Assembly: GCA_044326505.1 (NCBI GenBank)
Contig: JBIRBF010000002.1
Span: 1 to 42,650 of the forward strand
Reading direction: 5' to 3'
Length of the DNA: 42,650 bases
Source: Candidatus Nanopelagicales bacterium
Lineage (GTDB): Bacteria > Actinomycetota > Actinomycetes > S36-B12 > UBA10799
Shown: positions 38,752 through 42,650 of the stretch, piece after piece
Layout: every line of letters starts with the position of its first letter
Numbering within the stretch: position 1 is the stretch's first letter
Made by a program: the position numbers and the translations under genes
Notes under the pieces: model-generated
Databases searched by the model: none
The model's input: the letters and a program-made list of their open reading frames with translations, nothing else
What the model was told of the DNA's origin: nothing

Positions 38752-40041
38752 GTGTGGCTGCGGGGTCGCCGGTTGCCCCGTAGGCTTCGCTGCGTGCGCG
38801 ACTACCTCCCTCCACAGCTGCGCGTGGTCACCGAGGCACTGACCGAGCCGGCGGACCTGCTCGAACTGCTGCCGGCCGGCCCGGTGATGAGCTGGGTGCG
38901 CAACGGCGACGGCCTGGTCGCCTGGGGCGAGGCAGCTCGGGTTGAGGTGACCGGCCAGGAGCGCTTCAGCCGCGCTCACCGATGGTGGACGCAGATCTGT
39001 GACGCGGCGGACATCGTCGACGACGTGCAGGTACCGGGCAGCGGTCCCGTGGCCTTCGGCTCCTTCACCTTCGCTGACGGCCCGCAGACCTCAACCCTCA
39101 TCGTGCCGCGCGTGATCGTAGGGCGGCGCCACGGCAAGTCGTGGCTGACACTGATCGGCGACCAGGTCGATCGCCCGGACCTGGCCGAACTCCCGCCGGA
39201 GCCCCAGCCGCCCGGAGTCGTGACCGAGGTTCCCGACGCGCCTCGGGCGCGAGCGTGGCGACGATCGGTTGCCGAAGCGGTGGCGAGGGTGCGCGCGGGC
39301 GGCCTGGACAAGGTCGTGCTGGCCCGCGACGTGCTGCTGCGCAGCGAACACCGGATCGATCCCCGCTTCGTGCTGAACCAGCTGCAGGACTCCTACTCGG
39401 AATGCTGGACGTTCAGCGTCGACGGCCTTGTCGGCGCCACGCCAGAGCTGCTGGTCCGACGAACCGGCGCACAGGTGGTGTCGCGGGTGCTGGCCGGCAC
39501 CGTGCACCGCGATGGGGACAGCGCCGCCGACGGCGAGCTGGCGGAGGCACTGATGAACTCCGATAAGGACCTGGTCGAGCACCTGTACGCGGTCGAGTCG
39601 GTGGCGGCGGCGTTGGCCCGGCACTGCACCGACCTGCAGGTCCCCTCCTCACCCAGCCTACTGCAGTTGGCCAACGTGCAGCATCTGGCCACCGACGTGT
39701 CGGGCCTGTTGGCGGACGACTCGTCGGCGATTGCGCTGGCGGCGGCGCTGCACCCGACAGCCGCGGTGTGCGGCACCCCAACGGAGCGGGCCATGTCGGT
39801 GATCGGTTCACTCGAGGGTATGGACCGGGGTCGCTACGCCGGGCCCGTCGGGTGGGTCGATGGCGAGGGCGACGGCGAGTTCGGCATCGCTCTGCGGTGC
39901 GGAGCTTTGACGGCCGACCAGCATGGCATCCGGCTCATGGCTGGCTGCGGAATTGTGGCGGCCTCCACGCCGGACCTGGAGTGGGCCGAGTCCGAGGCCA
40001 AACTCATGGCGATGCGGACGGCACTAGGCGCTGACCGCTAG
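38752..40041 (+). CDS. menF: Isochorismate synthase (menaquinone-specific type)
   Basis: Chorismate-binding C-terminus: [11 protein letters not shown]...A...[29 protein letters not shown]. The start is uncertain: GTG 38752 is the longest, and GTG 38794 or 38824 are plausible. Confidence 0.85.
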   Translation: MWLRGRRLPRRLRCVRDYLPPQLRVVTEALTEPADLLELLPAGPVMSWVRNGDGLVAWGEAARVEVTGQERFSRAHRWWTQICDAADIVDDVQVPGSGPVAFGSFTFADGPQTSTLIVPRVIVGRRHGKSWLTLIGDQVDRPDLAELPPEPQPPGVVTEVPDAPRARAWRRSVAEAVARVRAGGLDKVVLARDVLLRSEHRIDPRFVLNQLQDSYSECWTFSVDGLVGATPELLVRRTGAQVVSRVLAGTVHRDGDSAADGELAEALMNSDKDLVEHLYAVESVAAALARHCTDLQVPSSPSLLQLANVQHLATDVSGLLADDSSAIALAAALHPTAAVCGTPTERAMSVIGSLEGMDRGRYAGPVGWVDGEGDGEFGIALRCGALTADQHGIRLMAGCGIVAASTPDLEWAESEAKLMAMRTALGADR

Positions 40042-40058
40042 TCGGCCAGTCGGCCAGT

Positions 40059-40097
40059 CGGCGCCGATGGCGCCGCGGCCAGCATTTGTTTCTTTGT
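40059..40097 (+). terminator. Candidate intrinsic terminator after menF
   Basis: cggcgcc-gat-ggcgccg hairpin (40059-40075) preceded by a tcggccag tandem. A T-rich tract tttgtttctttgt (40085-40097) lies 9 nt downstream, a rare A/T-rich patch in this window. Confidence 0.35.
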
Positions 40098-40249
40098 CAG
40101 GCAGGGGGCTTGCGGTGTGCCGTCGCGCGGCGTAGGTTATAGATAGGTAATCGAACGTGCGTTCGCCAACGGGGTGGGGGGTGGCGGCCGCGCAGCGCTC
40201 TCTCTGCCACTCCCGGCGGCGCGGCATTCCGCGGAGGGGGGTGCGCTTG

Positions 40250-41824
40250 ATGCATGCCAACGATCAGACCCGAAAGTCGATGTCGGCCGGCGCTTGCAGC
40301 GCGGGTCCGAGCGGCGCCGCGGGTACGGCCATCGCCGCGGGCACGACCATCAGCGCGGGTGCGACCGGCTGCATGGCAGACGCACCCGGGGTTGGACCGG
40401 CGTTCGAACTGCTCGCCGACCTCGACGACGCGGCGTCACAGCTGCATCAGGTGCTGGCGGACGGCCAAGCGGCGCCGGTCGACCTGACCGAGCTGGCCGA
40501 GCAGTTGCACAAGGTGATCACCAGGCTGCAAGCGGCGCACCACACAGCCGTGGGCCAGATTGCCGCCAGCGGGGAATTGCCGCCCGGCCCGCTGACCGTC
40601 GATGCCTGGCTCGGCGCATCGCACCGGCTCGACCGCGGCCGGGCAGGCAGGCTGCGCCGGAACGCTGTGTGGTTGGCCGATCACCCGCGCACCGCGACCG
40701 AGTACGCCGCTGGGCGGATCACCGACGACCATGTGAGCGCCATCCGGGTCGTCGCGCAGGCCAACACCGCCCGGCGCGAGGCTTTCCCCGCCTTTGAGTC
40801 GCTGATCCTCGACGCCGCCGTGCACGCCGACGCCCGACTCGTCTCGCGCATCATGGCGACCTGGGCCGAGACCGTCGATCCGGACACCTCCGACGACGCC
40901 GCCGCCGAAGCCCACGAGCGCCGCCGACTGCACCTGTCCGAGGTCGGCGACGGCTGGGACCTACGCGGTTGGCTGCCCGCGATGCTCGGCGCGGAGCTCG
41001 CCGGGATTCTGAATGCCTTCATGGAACAGGGCCGGCAGACAGGCGCGGTCAGTTCCGACCACGGACCGGGTGGGACTGCGCCAGGACGCTGCGAGCCAGT
41101 GTCCGCGCGCCGCGCCGACGCGCTGCTCGACGCGGCCCGAGCCGCCGCCGACGCCGGGCTGACTGCCCGAGCGCGCGACCGGGCCCGCGCCACCGTCACC
41201 ATCAGCCTTGAGTCCCTGCACCAGTGCGACGCCTGCGCCCACGCACCGGGCGACATCGTCCGCACCTGCACCTGCACCTGCACTGGGGATCATGCCGCCG
41301 CTTCACCCGCTGTCGGGGAAGTGGGCGCGGACACCGCGGGTGCCGACGATGCCGCGGCCGCTGATGCGGCCATCGCCGCCGCGTTGGCCGCAGCTGGAGG
41401 CGGCGCCGAGTGGAGAGTTGGCAATGGCACAGGACAGGGGCACCTGCCTCATGCCCTGGCACGGTGGGCAACCTGCGACGGCGAGATCAACCGCCTCGTG
41501 CTCGGCCCTGGTTCCCGCCCGCTGGACATCGGCCGCACCCAGCGCACAATCCCGCCCCATCTGCGCCGGGCACTGGACGTCCGTGACGGCGGCTGCATCG
41601 TCCCTGGTTGCGACCGACCGCCGGGGTGGTGCGAAGCCCACCACATCAAGCATTGGGCCGACGGTGGGATCACATCGTTGGAGAACAGCGCCCTACTGTG
41701 CTCAAAGCACCATCACGAACTCCACCTCGGACACTGGACGATCGATGCCCGGCACGGCAAACCTCGGGCCACACCGATCCGGCGCGGACGACGCCGAGGA
41801 CCACCCTGGAGGCCGGCCGCATGA
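40250..41824 (+). CDS. DUF222-family HNH endonuclease (actinobacterial 13E12-repeat-like selfish gene)
   Basis: C-terminal HNH: RDGGCIVPGCDRPPGWCEAHHIKHWADGGITSLENSALLCSKHHHELH. Long Ala-rich helical N-terminal region typical of DUF222. ATG 40250 with GGAGGGGGG about 10 nt upstream. Confidence 0.85.
   Translation: MHANDQTRKSMSAGACSAGPSGAAGTAIAAGTTISAGATGCMADAPGVGPAFELLADLDDAASQLHQVLADGQAAPVDLTELAEQLHKVITRLQAAHHTAVGQIAASGELPPGPLTVDAWLGASHRLDRGRAGRLRRNAVWLADHPRTATEYAAGRITDDHVSAIRVVAQANTARREAFPAFESLILDAAVHADARLVSRIMATWAETVDPDTSDDAAAEAHERRRLHLSEVGDGWDLRGWLPAMLGAELAGILNAFMEQGRQTGAVSSDHGPGGTAPGRCEPVSARRADALLDAARAAADAGLTARARDRARATVTISLESLHQCDACAHAPGDIVRTCTCTCTGDHAAASPAVGEVGADTAGADDAAAADAAIAAALAAAGGGAEWRVGNGTGQGHLPHALARWATCDGEINRLVLGPGSRPLDIGRTQRTIPPHLRRALDVRDGGCIVPGCDRPPGWCEAHHIKHWADGGITSLENSALLCSKHHHELHLGHWTIDARHGKPRATPIRRGRRRGPPWRPAA
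41263..41280 (+). repeat. Hexanucleotide tandem repeat (cacctg)x3 inside the HNH gene
   Basis: cacctgcacctgcacctg, read directly. Encodes TCTCTC, in frame. Confidence 0.9.
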
Positions 41825-41841
41825 CGACGCCTACTGCGCGA

Positions 41842-42650
41842 TCACTGCCGGCCGGACCCAGGGAGCTGCGCTGCCACCTGCGCGGCAATGCCCTCGAGGA
41901 AGTGCTGCTCCTGGGCGCGCGCACCCACCCGGGCCACAATCACTCGGATACCGGACACCCCGGCCGCCCCCTCGAGGACCGACAGCAGCTCAGCGCCCGT
42001 CGACACCCGCACCGCAGACACACCGAGGGACTCTGCCACCGCAACGAGGTCGCGGCCCTGGGGCGTGCCAAAGACGCGTTCGAAGTGCTCGGAGTAACTA
42101 CCTACGGCCGATTCCAGGCCAGTGAAGATCCCGCCGCCATCGTTGTCGATCACCACAATGTCCAACCGGGGCTGGCCCTCGTCCGCCGGCACAAGCAGGC
42201 CGTTCGAGTCGTGCAGGAAGGCCAGGTCACCAAGCAGCGCAACGGTCCGGCCACCGGCGACGTCCGGGCCCCCAGACTCGCCCGCCTGCGGTCGCTGCCA
42301 GACCGCGGCGGCGCCGATGGCCGACGACACAAGTCCGTCGATCCCCGACAGGCCGCGGTTACCGATCACCCACGGCGGCTCCTCGCGCAACGGCGCGTAG
42401 GCATCCAGGAAGCGCACCGGCCAGGATGCCCCCGCGAACAGCAGTTCATCGGGTGCCATCGTCTGCCAGACGGTGCGGGCGACGGTAACGCCGCACAGGC
42501 CCTCGCACTCCTGCGCCGCCTGGGCTTCCTGGATGACTCCCTCGGCCATGTCATCGGCGGCGAGCCACGCGTCAACCCAGGAGTCGGCCGCGCGCACGTC
42601 CTCCGACGGCGCCGGTACGGCGCTCGCCACCAGGTCGGCGCTGCGCTGCG
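41842..42650 (-). CDS. menD: SEPHCHC synthase (2-succinyl-5-enolpyruvyl-6-hydroxy-3-cyclohexene-1-carboxylate synthase), 3' part; the gene continues beyond the window
   Basis: TPP-binding C-terminal domain: NRGLSGIDGLVSSAIGAA ... ALLGDLAFLHDSNGL ... IVVIDNDGGGIF. The reading frame stays open to the window edge. Confidence 0.85.
   Translation of the reverse strand, partial: QRSADLVASAVPAPSEDVRAADSWVDAWLAADDMAEGVIQEAQAAQECEGLCGVTVARTVWQTMAPDELLFAGASWPVRFLDAYAPLREEPPWVIGNRGLSGIDGLVSSAIGAAAVWQRPQAGESGGPDVAGGRTVALLGDLAFLHDSNGLLVPADEGQPRLDIVVIDNDGGGIFTGLESAVGSYSEHFERVFGTPQGRDLVAVAESLGVSAVRVSTGAELLSVLEGAAGVSGIRVIVARVGARAQEQHFLEGIAAQVAAQLPGSGRQ

Noticed and set aside
41263-41280. (cacctg)x3 as a phase-variation tract.
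   Set aside because: Only three copies are present, the unit length is a multiple of three (slippage stays in frame), and it lies inside a non-essential selfish gene.

Overview
Very GC-rich, actinobacterial-type chromosomal window. All calls come from reading the ORF translations and the DNA; no searches were run. About 14.7-42.65 kb is core energy metabolism. It holds korAB (2-oxoglutarate:ferredoxin oxidoreductase), rarD, an acyl-CoA dehydrogenase, an orphan SAM-methyltransferase and a polyprenyl-diphosphate synthase. It also holds a complete 14-gene nuoA-N operon (minus strand, 22219-37799), menG, menF, a DUF222/HNH endonuclease gene and the 3' part of menD. About 0.15-14.7 kb looks accessory and is the interesting part. 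It is a dense sensory island with three hybrid histidine kinases carrying different input modules. The inputs are an sGC-like HNOBA domain with an adjacent stand-alone H-NOX haem-NO sensor, a XylR/DmpR-type A-domain (V4R), and PAS/GAF preceded by a FIST protein. The only HPt domain I can see is fused to a REC-GGDEF protein whose active site reads GGDRF. These genes are interleaved with a GT2 glycosyltransferase, a MOP-type flippase and a secreted anchored protein. Next to the island, and head-to-head with korAB, is a translationally coupled trio of NuoB-, NuoC- and NuoI-like paralogues. The trio has no NuoD-like, NADH-module or membrane-arm partner. I saw no rRNA, tRNA, CRISPR array, transposase or integrase. 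Many long ORFs in the six-frame track are GC-driven shadow frames and were discarded.
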